DNA of 64,000 bases from Candidatus Heimdallarchaeota archaeon. Its GTDB lineage: Archaea; Asgardarchaeota; Heimdallarchaeia; JABLTI01. The DNA lies in the NCBI GenBank assembly GCA_018238155.1, contig JABCTZ010000026.1, forward strand, positions 1-64,000, written 5' to 3'. Below are positions 47,310 through 58,616 of this stretch, one piece after another (position 1 is the stretch's first letter; each line of letters begins with the position of its first letter). A model generated the notes under the pieces. It did no database searches and was not told the DNA's origin. It saw nothing but the letters and a program-made list of their open reading frames with translations. The translations under genes were made by a program, and so were the position numbers.

Positions 47310-50123
47310 CTAAATTTGTTTTATTGCTTTAATAGTGTCTTTTCTGAAGATAATCCAAGATGTAAAAGCTGCGGATATAAGAGCTGTAATGTAGAGAAGA
47401 CCCGTTGCAAGTAAAAGTTGAACCGGTTTGAAAACCAATTCATTTGGTGGTATTGTTGTTGAATAGGTTAGTATTTCAGTAAACATATATGCCGCAAAAG
47501 TACCCAATACCGCACCTGCTATTGATCCAAAAACAACTAACGTCATTGATTCGGTTAAGAACATACCAAAAAGCTGTTTCGGTGACATACCAAGAACTTT
47601 CAAAGTAACCACTTCTCTTTCCTTTTCAATAGCTTGTATTAGAATCATCAAAGTAATAGCTGAAATGGTTATTATTAAAGAAGATATGAATGATGAATTA
47701 AGTGATCCATAAAGCATAGTATTTCTTAAACTACCTTCAAAAGCTTTTTCAAGATCTTCTACATTTTTGACCGAACGACCAAGTTCTTCTTCTATTGATA
47801 ATGCAACTTCTTTGATTCCAAAATTGGGGTCCACTTTTACTATCAAATCGCCAAAAGAGCTAAATGAGCTGTATGTGAATGTCTTTACATTTTCATACGT
47901 ACCAATTATAACAAATCGATATACAGTTCGACTGGTGTCAGGAACACTCTTGTAGTATCTTGGCATGAAGTTAAAAATACCCTTAATATTAAGAGTTCTG
48001 TTAAGAACTCCAAATGGATATTTATCATAGACAATATCAATTGTATCTCCTCCTTGAGTATTGATCCTATCCAACTGTTCCTTTTGCATAACAACATCAG
48101 TATCATTCACAATTTTACTAAAGAATTCTTCTGGATCATTTCCTGGGAGATATCCATCATCAAAATATGCTGTTTTAGCAAAGACTTCGGGATCTATGCC
48201 AATAACTTGGTAAGAATAGACTACATCGCCATAGCTTATTACCTGTGATGACGTTCTAATGTATGTAGCAGATTGCACGCCTTCTATTGCAGAAACTTGT
48301 TCTAAAGTGACATTATTTCCAACATTTATTCCATGAATTAGAATATCAGAACCAATTTCATAATAAGCATTTTCTCGATCATAGTCTTGATATGATTCTA
48401 TAGTAACTATCGATGAAAAGATGAGTGTGAATGTTAATGTGATAAGTATGAGTGATCTTGCTGTATCAGCTTTTCTTCTTGAACTCCGTTTAAATGCGAG
48501 ACCTACTATTTCAAGATTCTTTGTCTTCCACGAGATATTTGAAAGACGTTCGATTGCATACGGATATATCCTCGATACTAGTAGAACTCCTCCTAAAATT
48601 GAACACACAATAGCTGTAGTGCCTATGCCATTAGCAAAGGAGTAAGCAGAAGGTCCATCCAAATTAAAGAGAACAACTATCCACAGAGCAATACCAACAA
48701 TCATCAAGAATATATCCAGAAATGCTTTTTCCCAAAACGATTTCTTTTCTTGATGCTCCGTGTATGCTTCTTGTGTTGTGATAGTACTCATTTTCCAAAT
48801 ATTTAATGCATTGATGAGGATTGCTAGAACAAAACCTATAGTAATTACTGAAAAGAAAATAATTAAATTTAATGTTGGATTAATTGCTTGTCCTGAAAAA
48901 GACAAAAAGCCGGTACTTTTTGATAGCAGCCAAGAAAAGAGATAGCCTAAAACAAATGCAATTAAGATTGCTGAAATAGTCATCTCAATAACTTGAAAAA
49001 TTAGATTCATCATTACATCTTGCCTTGAACTACCTCTTTGCAGCATAGAAGATACATGACGCTTTTGACGTCGTTTCATTAAATTAGCTGAATAATTAGT
49101 TAGCGATAAGGCCATTCCAATTATTGGTGTAAGGAATAATATACCGAATAATTGGAAAACTAGAAATTCTTTTCTAAAATTATCAAGTAAGATCGACATA
49201 TCATTATATACGTGTAATGTGTACCCTTCTGCTTCAAATTCTCTTGTTATTTCCTGTGCTAATTGATTTACTTGAGCAATTTCGTTATGCAAATCAAAAG
49301 AATCTATCTTCTCAAGATCAAATGTAATCCTTCCGAAAGGATTTGTATAACCAGGTGATGCTCCTTCAACATTTGCTACAAAATTACCAAAGTTTGTATA
49401 ACTAGTAATCATAAATTGATCAGAAAATTTCTCGCTCATTGCTGAGAAATCAACACTCATTGGTCCTCTAACATTATTAAAGGATTCAGTTGTAACGACA
49501 CCTGAAATATTAAAATAAGCACCCGCTTGAGGAATGCCCCTAGCAATTACTTGTTCATTTGTCTCTTGAAAGTACCCTGTATAACAAGGAATAGTATCTA
49601 GAAGAGAGATATTTGTATTAGCTATTGTTGTAGTATCGACTACAGCAATGACATCATCGATTTTTTGAGGGATTGTTCCATTGTAAAGAATTGATTCTAA
49701 TGTGCTAAAATAATCAGGCGGTATTGCATAAAGGTTAAAGTCATTTATCTCATTTGTAGAGTTTCCATCGGAAATATCAACAACTGCGAAGAATCCCTTT
49801 TCAAGAAACCAGTCAACTCGTTTTACTCTTTGTTCAAGCTCAACAGCTTCTATAGCTGCTTCTGAAATGTCAAGAAGTTTAGGTATGCCAACGCCAATTT
49901 CACCTCTAAGATCATATGCACCAACATCTACAATAAACTGATTTGGAGGTACTTGCTGATAAAAACCAGTAAATCCACCAAATTGATAACTGTACATAAA
50001 CATTAAACTTGATGCAATTAGAGCAAGACTTATTCCCAATCCTAGAAACATAACAAGAGTGTTCCGTCTATTGAGGAAAATCATGTTGTAATGAAATTTA
50101 ATTTTCTCGATTATTTTTGCCAT
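47310..50123 (-). CDS. FtsX/MacB-type ABC permease (no adjacent ATPase)
   Basis: Two FtsX halves (MLQRGSS; EREVVTLKVLGMS); paralogous to 24498..27356. Confidence 0.85.
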   Translation of the reverse strand: MAKIIEKIKFHYNMIFLNRRNTLVMFLGLGISLALIASSLMFMYSYQFGGFTGFYQQVPPNQFIVDVGAYDLRGEIGVGIPKLLDISEAAIEAVELEQRVKRVDWFLEKGFFAVVDISDGNSTNEINDFNLYAIPPDYFSTLESILYNGTIPQKIDDVIAVVDTTTIANTNISLLDTIPCYTGYFQETNEQVIARGIPQAGAYFNISGVVTTESFNNVRGPMSVDFSAMSEKFSDQFMITSYTNFGNFVANVEGASPGYTNPFGRITFDLEKIDSFDLHNEIAQVNQLAQEITREFEAEGYTLHVYNDMSILLDNFRKEFLVFQLFGILFLTPIIGMALSLTNYSANLMKRRQKRHVSSMLQRGSSRQDVMMNLIFQVIEMTISAILIAFVLGYLFSWLLSKSTGFLSFSGQAINPTLNLIIFFSVITIGFVLAILINALNIWKMSTITTQEAYTEHQEKKSFWEKAFLDIFLMIVGIALWIVVLFNLDGPSAYSFANGIGTTAIVCSILGGVLLVSRIYPYAIERLSNISWKTKNLEIVGLAFKRSSRRKADTARSLILITLTFTLIFSSIVTIESYQDYDRENAYYEIGSDILIHGINVGNNVTLEQVSAIEGVQSATYIRTSSQVISYGDVVYSYQVIGIDPEVFAKTAYFDDGYLPGNDPEEFFSKIVNDTDVVMQKEQLDRINTQGGDTIDIVYDKYPFGVLNRTLNIKGIFNFMPRYYKSVPDTSRTVYRFVIIGTYENVKTFTYSSFSSFGDLIVKVDPNFGIKEVALSIEEELGRSVKNVEDLEKAFEGSLRNTMLYGSLNSSFISSLIITISAITLMILIQAIEKEREVVTLKVLGMSPKQLFGMFLTESMTLVVFGSIAGAVLGTFAAYMFTEILTYSTTIPPNELVFKPVQLLLATGLLYITALISAAFTSWIIFRKDTIKAIKQI

Positions 50124-50555
50124 TCTAAATCCTTCTGCAAACTCGTTTATGATTCACAAGTCAAAAATTTATAACGAAAAGTAATAAATAAGCATTTGTA
50201 AATCATTGATAAAAATAAACAAGACTAGTGTTCAAAATTAGCTTATTTGATTGTGTCTAGTATTATGTTCATTACAAATCATGTGAAAAGTAGTAAAATG
50301 AATTGTTGGAAATCAGCAATTTGCTTCATAGAAGTATATTTGAACTATATAATATACATGGAATTTGAATAAACAATATTTAACGAACTCCAATTCAAAA
50401 TCAATTTAGAAATTTGATGGTATTAAATTTCTCTAGAAAAAAACATGATAGATTTCTTCTTTTTTTAGAAAGTAATGGTTTTTTATGCCAATTATTATTT
50501 GAGAAAAGTATTTACACTGAAACAAACATTGTTTTTAATCCAAGAGGTTAGAAAA

Positions 50556-50903
50556 TTGAATACAAGATTCAAACAAGCAGCTCCTTGTGGATTGATTTGT
50601 GATGAATGTCCTTGGTTTCAAGGCAAAATGGAAATGAAATGTCCAGGTTGTTCTGAAAAAAAAGGCAAACCTTTTTGGGGTGAATGTGAAATTTTTCTTT
50701 GTACAGATATGAAGCATCACGAGCATTGTGGACTATGTAAGGATTTTCCATGTGAAACTGTTATCAATCAATTTGATCCAAATAATCCCAAGGGTAAGCA
50801 AGAAGCAATTTTTCGTGTGGGTCAGCTTGCCATAAGGAATAAAATAGGCACAAAAACATGGTTAACAAAAAGATCCTGTAGTTCTTTGCCAAAATTTGAG
50901 TGA
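50556..50903 (+). CDS. DUF3795-like Cys-rich protein
   Basis: APCGLICDECP, CPGC, CEIFLC, HCGLCKDFPC. GAGG SD before the TTG at 50556. Confidence 0.75.
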   Translation: MNTRFKQAAPCGLICDECPWFQGKMEMKCPGCSEKKGKPFWGECEIFLCTDMKHHEHCGLCKDFPCETVINQFDPNNPKGKQEAIFRVGQLAIRNKIGTKTWLTKRSCSSLPKFE

Positions 50904-51051
50904 ATTTTTAAAGAAAAATATTTCTGAGGTTCATTGGTATAGAAAAAATTGATATTAGTATTAAAAATTTTTATAAACTAAAACAAAAGAATAAAAATAG
51001 AATAACTTTAATTTGTATTTAAAAAAAAGTGTCTGTCTGAAGGGTAAAAAT

Positions 51052-51891
51052 ATGGTTGTAGTTGGTGCTTACATTCTCCCTCATGGTGCTATGATTTTGG
51101 ATCCTAATAAGGATAAAATTCCAAAAGAAGCAATTGATATACATCATGCAATGATTAAAATGGCTAAAAACATAAACGACTTGAAACCTGATTTAATTTT
51201 TTTAACAACGCCACATGGTATTGCACTTTCAAATGATTTTGGGATTTATATGAACAAAGGTGGAAGTGGTAGTGCAGAATGGAATAATGATTACAAAAAG
51301 TATAAGGTGCAAGTGGAATTCGATCAAGAGATAAGCAATGAATTGATAGAATATCTCCTTGATAAGGAAACAGCTATTCATGGTATTGCTACTTTTTCTC
51401 TAGGAGTAGATGCCCCATTTAGATGGGCAGAAGCTGTTCCTCTATGGTTTTTAAGAAAATTATCTACAAAACCAAAATATATTATAATGTCTCAACCAAT
51501 GAGACGCCATGAAGAAACTAAAGAACTTATTCTAGAAACACTCACTCTTGGAAACGATTTGAGGTTATTTTTTGAATCATTAGAAAAACGAGTGGTAGTA
51601 ATCATTAGTGCAGATTTAGGTCATACGCATCAAACAAATGGACCATTTGGATTTTCTGAAGAGGTAGAACTTTTTGATAAATTGATGGAAAAGTGGGCAG
51701 GAACACTAGATGAAAAATTACTAATTAAGAAGGCTGTTCCTAAACTTGATGAAGCTCTTTGTTGTGGTTACATTGGTTTTATATTACTACAAGGAATGTT
51801 AAATGGGAAAGGATTTACACCAGAAGTTATTACAAGAGCAACCCCATCATATTATGGGATGATGATAGCTCAATATACAAAAAATGAGTGA
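51052..51891 (+). CDS. LigB-like (class III extradiol dioxygenase / MEMO fold) protein
   Basis: LPHG, TTPHG, VPLWF, SADLGHTH..GPFG, PSYYGM. Confidence 0.65.
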   Translation: MVVVGAYILPHGAMILDPNKDKIPKEAIDIHHAMIKMAKNINDLKPDLIFLTTPHGIALSNDFGIYMNKGGSGSAEWNNDYKKYKVQVEFDQEISNELIEYLLDKETAIHGIATFSLGVDAPFRWAEAVPLWFLRKLSTKPKYIIMSQPMRRHEETKELILETLTLGNDLRLFFESLEKRVVVIISADLGHTHQTNGPFGFSEEVELFDKLMEKWAGTLDEKLLIKKAVPKLDEALCCGYIGFILLQGMLNGKGFTPEVITRATPSYYGMMIAQYTKNE

Positions 51892-52108
51892 GTAGATCAC
51901 AATTAAAGAAGATTTCCAAATTGCAAAAATTTGTTTATAAAAAAGTAAAACTATTTGTATCGAATTTTTGTTAAAAAGTTCCTTTTTATGAGGGGAATTG
52001 ATTCTTTTTCGAATTTTGTTATATTCTCCATAACGGAAAGATTTTAACTAAAGAAGCTAAAAATATTAGATAGGAATAGTCAACAGTCAATTGTTGATGG
52101 GTGATTTC

Positions 52109-52954
52109 ATGATCTTAAAGAAGCTTCGAAAAAGTAAGTCTGCTGTTTCTAATATTTTGTCTACTATATTGATAGTTGCATTAATGGTTACTTCAACTGC
52201 ATTAACATACAGTGTTCTAATACCAACAATTGACCGTGGAAGATTAAATGCTACTCTTTCAACCTCAGCTCTCTTTCTAACTAAATTTGATGGAGCCTTA
52301 CAAACGCTAATGTATGACGGCATTGGCTCTACAAGAAATTTAGAAGTAGATGCTTTTTCAGGCAGTCTGGATTTTCGAACTCAAGGATTAAATGTTCGCT
52401 TTTTTATTGATAGCGGACTCTTTCTTCCAATTCCAGGTTTGTCGTATGGTGTTGCTAGATTTACAATTCCGAGTGATATTGCAATAATGGATCGCTCTGC
52501 AGTTGATTACATCAAAGGTAATGCCTATTTCCCTCTAGCAATAAGTGATGAAGGCTCTTCTGATCCTGCAATGCTTGTAATGACAAGACCTTCGAATGAT
52601 GAATATAGAATGGAATTATGGTACCGACTTTTCCTTCATGTTAAAGACACTGGTGTGGGTGGAGATATTGATCTTTCTATTGTAGTTGTAGAATTTGCCG
52701 CAAGTGAATCTGTTCGTTCCTTAAATGAAGGTACATATTCTTTAATGCTTAACAAGACAAGTTTGGAACTAAATCCATCCAAATATGGATTTGTAAGCGG
52801 TAATCCAATAATTACCTCTGGTGATGATTTCTACATGACCATCAATAAGAATACCGGACCGCAGATTGCCTTCTCATCTTTAGGTACACGAACGAGTGTT
52901 TCAATAAATCTTATAGTAATTACACTAGGAATACAAGTTATTTCTCTATTCTAG
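52109..52954 (+). CDS. Archaeal type IV pilin-like protein (class III signal peptide)
   Basis: Basic leader LKKLRKSKSA / VSNILSTILIVALMVT hydrophobic helix. Confidence 0.7.
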   Translation: MILKKLRKSKSAVSNILSTILIVALMVTSTALTYSVLIPTIDRGRLNATLSTSALFLTKFDGALQTLMYDGIGSTRNLEVDAFSGSLDFRTQGLNVRFFIDSGLFLPIPGLSYGVARFTIPSDIAIMDRSAVDYIKGNAYFPLAISDEGSSDPAMLVMTRPSNDEYRMELWYRLFLHVKDTGVGGDIDLSIVVVEFAASESVRSLNEGTYSLMLNKTSLELNPSKYGFVSGNPIITSGDDFYMTINKNTGPQIAFSSLGTRTSVSINLIVITLGIQVISLF

Positions 52955-52982
52955 AAAAAAATTACTAGATAATTCTATTTTT

Positions 52983-53615
52983 TTAATACTTGAAATATTC
53001 CTTCAACTCGCTTAATTTTCGAGAATCAACCATTTCATCTCGAGGATTTGCTTCAATTATTTTCATTAGATTTTTAAAATGTCGTAATGCAGCAACATGG
53101 TCATTTTTTTGCAGAAAATAGAGAACAGTGTTCATCATGCCCTTTGCCCCAGCAATTTGAATTGTTCTATTTTTAGGATTGGTTCTTGAAAGATCGCTTA
53201 ACTCGAGGGAAAATTCACTGATGGATGGGGTTTGACTACTTAAAGAGAAATCATAAATAGCATTTACTAGGATCATTGTTAATATCTCTTTTAGAGGTTC
53301 ATTTTGAGTTTTATTTGTTAATTCACGTAAATGATTTATTTTTCCCTTCAAGTCTGTCTGAGAACTTCTTCCAAAATAGATGGGCATGGCATTTAATATT
53401 GCTCTACCATAATTGAACAAAACATCCGGGTTCTCGTAATATTCATCTGTAAAAGCAATTAATTCCAAAATTAGTTTATCTGCTTCGTCATATTTCCCCT
53501 CTTCAGATAAATCCATTGCCTTATTAAAAAGGGCATTCGATAATTTCTTTTGAACTCCTCTATCACTAGGATTCTCAGCAATGTTTTTTCTTAAATCATC
53601 AATTTGATATTGCAA
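52983..53615 (-). CDS. Alpha-helical repeat hypothetical protein
   Basis: TPR-like helices ending in xxNAxxxF. Confidence 0.6.
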   Translation of the reverse strand: MQYQIDDLRKNIAENPSDRGVQKKLSNALFNKAMDLSEEGKYDEADKLILELIAFTDEYYENPDVLFNYGRAILNAMPIYFGRSSQTDLKGKINHLRELTNKTQNEPLKEILTMILVNAIYDFSLSSQTPSISEFSLELSDLSRTNPKNRTIQIAGAKGMMNTVLYFLQKNDHVAALRHFKNLMKIIEANPRDEMVDSRKLSELKEYFKY

Positions 53616-53847
53616 TTAATCACTCTCAATAATTGTGTTTATGAGCTTTCAGCAATTTAAAACTATCATTCAAGTTAAAAAATAATCATTAATTAAATAC
53701 CTTTATCATTGAAATTTCTAAACTAGAAATCTGATTAGAATCAAACAATATCAATTTCATAATTCTTAACAGGAATAACATAAACACCTATTTCAGAGAC
53801 CTTATATTTAACTCAAAACAATAAAAAGAATCTAGTTTCTTTTTAAA

Positions 53848-54885
53848 TCATAATAGAAGAATTAGTGCAATTCCACCTATTGTCAATATTGTTCCTAGAA
53901 TTATTTTCCAATCAACCCTTTCTTTCAAAAAGAGAATTGAAAGCGGAGTAGCTATCAATGGTCCCGAGGCAGCTATTACTGATGGAGTCGATGAACCAAT
54001 TCTTTCAATTGCCAATAGGTAAATAATATTTGCTGCAACTAAACCAAGAAGTGCAGCGATTGCTACAAAAGAGGTATTTTTCCAAGTAAATTTGCTTTTG
54101 TTCTTCCCTCTATTTGTGCCAAAGAAAATTACCAAAGTTATTGGTACTAAGAAAATCATTCGTGCACCATTTAGTGTTATAATATTGACATCAGTTTGTT
54201 CTAAACCATAGCGTATCAATGTAGTTCCCGCAGCCCATGTTACTGCTGAAATAATTGACAGAACAATACCCAATATCAATTTGTTCTTAAATGGCGAGAA
54301 TTTTTGTTCGTTGAAATCAATTGCTGGATCAACATTTTCAAATTTAATTTCATCTATATTAGAATCAATTGTACTCTTATTTTCATCAAGCTCATTTTCT
54401 GTTTCATCTGGTAATGGTTTTTCGTTGCCAAGATTTTCACCATTAACTTTTGAGAGAGAGATGAAAACTACTCCAATAATTACTATTACTATCCCCAACA
54501 TTTTCAACCATTCAAAATTCACATCAGGAAAAAACACTACTTCTAATACATAAGTTAGCAATGGATAAGTCATTGCAATTGGATAAGCTTTTGAAACACC
54601 AATTAATTGAAGACTGGCGAAATAGAGGAGATTACCAAAAACAATACCCATTAATGCTGCAGAGACAAGAGGTAATAATACTTTCCAACCAATTGTGAAC
54701 ATCAGCATGAAATCACCCATTGCAGCAACAATAATTAGAAAGGAAAAACTTGCAACAACAGTTTGAATAAGTAATAATCCAGAAGGTTTCAAATCCTTAC
54801 CTTGTGCTTTAATTATTACAGTTACAATACCTGAAAGAAGCATATTTCCAATTGCGGCTATAATACCTAAAGTTTCTGGTTCCAA
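53848..54885 (-). CDS. EamA/DMT-family transporter
   Basis: Two 5-TM halves, IGVSKAYPI, PLIATPLSILFLKERV. Confidence 0.88.
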   Translation of the reverse strand: MEPETLGIIAAIGNMLLSGIVTVIIKAQGKDLKPSGLLLIQTVVASFSFLIIVAAMGDFMLMFTIGWKVLLPLVSAALMGIVFGNLLYFASLQLIGVSKAYPIAMTYPLLTYVLEVVFFPDVNFEWLKMLGIVIVIIGVVFISLSKVNGENLGNEKPLPDETENELDENKSTIDSNIDEIKFENVDPAIDFNEQKFSPFKNKLILGIVLSIISAVTWAAGTTLIRYGLEQTDVNIITLNGARMIFLVPITLVIFFGTNRGKNKSKFTWKNTSFVAIAALLGLVAANIIYLLAIERIGSSTPSVIAASGPLIATPLSILFLKERVDWKIILGTILTIGGIALILLL

Positions 54886-55038
54886 ATTTGTTCACGCAAT
54901 TCTCAAATTAGAAATCATTTATGAACTCTTGTGTATGTATACTAATGATGGAATTCCCTATTTTACTGTAATTTATAAGAGGATTTTTATTTGATAGTAA
55001 AAACTTTCCATTGTCTAAAAAAAATAAGTGATGAAATT

Positions 55039-55278
55039 ATGAGCGAAAATTTTGAATTCGATGAAGATACAAAGTGCATTTATGAGATTCTTAAGAAAGA
55101 AAATGATATTTCCTCTAGAAGGGTTTTGGAACTCGCTTCGTCAGAGGAATATATAGAAATCTGTTCAGGGTGTGCATCAGGTGACACATTCCTTCGAGCA
55201 ATTAAGAAAATGGAAAAAGCCGGTCTTGTTAAATCGTCTCTGGGAAAGGGCGGATATAAATGGCATCTAAATCAATAA
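55039..55278 (+). CDS. Small winged-helix protein with a CxGC motif
   Basis: CIYEILKKE...CSGCASGD...KKMEKAGLV...GKGGYKW. Confidence 0.65.
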   Translation: MSENFEFDEDTKCIYEILKKENDISSRRVLELASSEEYIEICSGCASGDTFLRAIKKMEKAGLVKSSLGKGGYKWHLNQ

Positions 55279-55318
55279 TTGATTTATAGTGTTTTATTAA
55301 TACTAAGAGCTGTTTCTA

Positions 55319-55615
55319 ATGACAGACAATGAGAAAACAAGAGATCTCTACAAAAATATAGAACCAGAACTCAGAAAGTTGTTTAATTCCCAATCTAAAA
55401 AAGAGATTCTGTGTGTCTATTCTATTTTGAAAAAGGAGAAATCGCTCTCAACAAAAAGACTAGTTGAAATCGCTCTTTCTCAAGAATTTAATCATTATTG
55501 TAAAGGTTGTGCAGCATCTGATAGTGTTTACAGAGCAGTTAAAAAACTTCAAGAAAAGGGTTTTGTTTTATGCCACTTAGGTAAAGAAGGGTATATTTGG
55601 GAATTCATGAAATGA
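55319..55615 (+). CDS. Small winged-helix protein with a CxGC motif, tandem paralog
   Basis: CVYSILKKE...CKGCAASD...KKLQEKGFV...GKEGYIW. Confidence 0.65.
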   Translation: MTDNEKTRDLYKNIEPELRKLFNSQSKKEILCVYSILKKEKSLSTKRLVEIALSQEFNHYCKGCAASDSVYRAVKKLQEKGFVLCHLGKEGYIWEFMK

Positions 55616-55688
55616 AAAGCGAAATGTTTTCTATCAGAGAATAAACAAAAAAAATGGCTAAAGGGACTTCTAAATCCCTCAAAATAAT

Positions 55689-57389
55689 CTATTCTACGAC
55701 TGTTTCTACGTGAGTTTCTTCTCGCAGAGGTCTACGTAATACTTTTCCTACTGGAGAGAGTGGTAATTCTTCACGATATTCAAAGAATTTAGGAATTTTA
55801 TAGGGAGCAAGATTTTTCTTGCAATATGCTCTTAATTCTTCTTTTGTATACTTTGGTGCACCTTCCCGAAGAACAATAACTGCTTTGATTACCTCGTTAA
55901 CCAGTTTATCTTTTATTGGAATCACTGCAGCCATAGAAATATCAGGATGATTGCAGAGGCAAGTTTCTACTTCTAAAGGCCATACTTGGAATCCTGAAGT
56001 AAAGATACAATCTTTCAGCCTATCAACAATCTTAAAGAAACCATCTGGAGACATTTTTACTACATCACCTGTTTTTAACCAGCCATCTTTAGTTATCACA
56101 TTATCAGTTTCATCTTGTTGATTCCAATAACCCTTCATTATTTGTGGACCCTTTACAAGTAATTCACCTTCACTTGTAAGATTGTCTTCATTGTACGAAT
56201 CTAATGGAATATCTTTACCTGTGTTTATGTCAATTATTTTTACTGTAACACTTGGAACTGGAATTCCGATACCGTCTTGTCTAAGAGCTAGATCAGCTGG
56301 ATTTACGTGAGTTACAGGGGAAGCTTCTGAGAGACCATAGCCTTCAATAAGAACAGCACCGGTTCTTGCTTCAAATTTAGTAGTAATATCAGGATGAAGA
56401 GCACTTCCTCCAGAAATACTCATTCTCAATGACGACCAATCATAATCAGCACTTTTGGGATGTTCAGCTAATTTTTGGAATAATGTTGGAACACCAGTGA
56501 AGAATTGTATTTTATATTTCTGAATAATTTGCATTATTTCTTCCAGTTTTCTTGGATCTGGAATAAGAACAATCATTCCAGCAGCAGCCATAGGCCAAAA
56601 GAATGAAGTTGTCAAACCAAAAATATGTGAGAATGGTAATGCACCAATATTTGTAGGTTGAATACCAGGGTAATTTCCACCAATCCATTCAACCCAGAAA
56701 TCTATGACAATTGCTTGTGATACTAAATTTCTGTGAGTAAGCATTGCGCCCTTTGGTACACCTGTTGTACCGCCAGTGTATTGTAAACATGCGAGATCAT
56801 GTTCAGGATTCATTTTTGGGCGAATATCTTTGTTCTCACCATTTTTTAATACTTGAGAATATTTTAATTCTGCTTCTGAGATTTTAGTATTTTTACGAGC
56901 AATAATATTCTTGTAAAGGAATCCTTTAATGAAACTAAGTTCGTCTGCAATGGATGAAATTATAACATGTTCAAGATCAGTTTCCGAGCGTACTTCTCGA
57001 ATTTGGTTCAAAAAAAGATCTAAAGAAACAATTACTTTTGAGCCACTATCTTTTAATTGAAACTTTATTTCCTTTGGTGTATAGAGAGGACTAATAGCGG
57101 TCACTATTGCACCCAAATAAAGAACACTTAGATAACTAACAACATATTGTGGGCAGTTTGGCATTAAAAGGGCAACTCTGTCACCTTTTTTAACACCTAA
57201 TTTTGCAAGTCCATTTGCAAATTTCTGAACTTCAACTTTTGTTTCTGAATATGTTTTCGTTTTGTCTTTGAAGATAAGAAAAGGTTTTGAGCTTGCTTTT
57301 TCAACCGACTCATAAAAAAGCTCAATCAAACTTAAATTTGGAACATCAAATTCCGTAGGTATTTTTGGATGATATTTCCATTGGGCCAT
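55689..57389 (-). CDS. Long-chain fatty acid-CoA ligase
   Basis: YTGGTTGVPKG, EGYGLSEASP, GPQIMKGYW, TGD, LPLSPVGK. Confidence 0.9.
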   Translation of the reverse strand: MAQWKYHPKIPTEFDVPNLSLIELFYESVEKASSKPFLIFKDKTKTYSETKVEVQKFANGLAKLGVKKGDRVALLMPNCPQYVVSYLSVLYLGAIVTAISPLYTPKEIKFQLKDSGSKVIVSLDLFLNQIREVRSETDLEHVIISSIADELSFIKGFLYKNIIARKNTKISEAELKYSQVLKNGENKDIRPKMNPEHDLACLQYTGGTTGVPKGAMLTHRNLVSQAIVIDFWVEWIGGNYPGIQPTNIGALPFSHIFGLTTSFFWPMAAAGMIVLIPDPRKLEEIMQIIQKYKIQFFTGVPTLFQKLAEHPKSADYDWSSLRMSISGGSALHPDITTKFEARTGAVLIEGYGLSEASPVTHVNPADLALRQDGIGIPVPSVTVKIIDINTGKDIPLDSYNEDNLTSEGELLVKGPQIMKGYWNQQDETDNVITKDGWLKTGDVVKMSPDGFFKIVDRLKDCIFTSGFQVWPLEVETCLCNHPDISMAAVIPIKDKLVNEVIKAVIVLREGAPKYTKEELRAYCKKNLAPYKIPKFFEYREELPLSPVGKVLRRPLREETHVETVVE

Positions 57390-57545
57390 TTCAAATTACT
57401 CCTGAGATTTTAATTTAAATTATTTTTAAATATAAAATGTAACTATACATTAGACTAAGTCTTTACATACTAAAAATTCTTTTTAAAACTTCTTGTAAAA
57501 TATTAGCTGTATAGACAAAAAAGAACCTTTTTCTAGTGAAAAAAA

Positions 57546-58616
57546 TTATTTTTCTAAAGTTTCCAGAATTTTCAATATTCTTAAGCTGGTATCTTTATAA
57601 CCGTATAGTTCTTTTTTGAAAGCTATCTCATTTGAGAGCATAATATCTAATTTTTCTTTGATTTCAGTTGGTTTTGCTAAAATATTTCCTCCAGCTTCAA
57701 TTGTTTCCAACCATTCAGTTTGTTCTCTTACAGTTACACATGGTTTCTCATGCCAATATGCTTCTTTTTGAACTCCACCTGAATCGGTTATAATCGCTTT
57801 GGAATCTTTCAATAATTTACTGAATTCAAAGAACCCAACTGGGTCAATAATATTGAGGTTATTGTTTGTTTTTTCAAGAAGCTTTAATGACTGTAACTTG
57901 CGTTTTGTTCTTGGATGAAGAGGTATAACAACAGGTAAATTTAATCGTCCTAATTCATCCATTATTTTTGGTAATTTTTCATCTGTAGTGTTTTCTGCCC
58001 GGTGTATTGTGGATAAAAGGTACTCGTCCGGAATTTCATCACGACGAGGTATTGCATTTACTTTATCCTCAATCATAAAAGCAATTTCATACATTGTATC
58101 ACCTGTTTGAAAAACATTTTTTGTAATACCTTCATTTTTTAGGTTTCTAACGGCAACATGAGTTGGACAAAATAGTAAATCAGAACAATGGTCAGTAAGA
58201 ATACGATTGATTTCTTCAGGCATCCTTCTATTGAAACTTCTAAGACCTGCTTCAAGATGAGCAACTTTTACATGCAGCTTGGCTGCTGCTAGAGCACCAC
58301 TTATTGTTGAATTTGTATCTCCTGGAACGATTACAACATCAGGTTCATTTTCAATTATTACTTTTTCAATTGCCTTTAGCATCTCACCTGTTTGATATCC
58401 ATGTAATCCCGAACCCACACCTAAATTATAATCAGCAGGTTTCACATCCATTTCTTTGAAGAAAATATCAGACATGTTGATATCGTAATGTTGACCTGTA
58501 TGCACCAAAATATGATCATGTTTAGATTTGTTTATTATTTTAGTAAGTGGAAACATTTTAACGAAATTGGGTCGAGCACCAACAATGGATAATATTTTCA
58601 AATACAATTCCTCCAT
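57546..58616 (-). CDS. wecB: UDP-N-acetylglucosamine 2-epimerase (non-hydrolysing)
   Basis: GARPNFVK, HTGQHYD, GDTNST, HLEAGLRS..MPEEINR, TDSGGVQKEA. Confidence 0.92.
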   Translation of the reverse strand: MEELYLKILSIVGARPNFVKMFPLTKIINKSKHDHILVHTGQHYDINMSDIFFKEMDVKPADYNLGVGSGLHGYQTGEMLKAIEKVIIENEPDVVIVPGDTNSTISGALAAAKLHVKVAHLEAGLRSFNRRMPEEINRILTDHCSDLLFCPTHVAVRNLKNEGITKNVFQTGDTMYEIAFMIEDKVNAIPRRDEIPDEYLLSTIHRAENTTDEKLPKIMDELGRLNLPVVIPLHPRTKRKLQSLKLLEKTNNNLNIIDPVGFFEFSKLLKDSKAIITDSGGVQKEAYWHEKPCVTVREQTEWLETIEAGGNILAKPTEIKEKLDIMLSNEIAFKKELYGYKDTSLRILKILETLEK

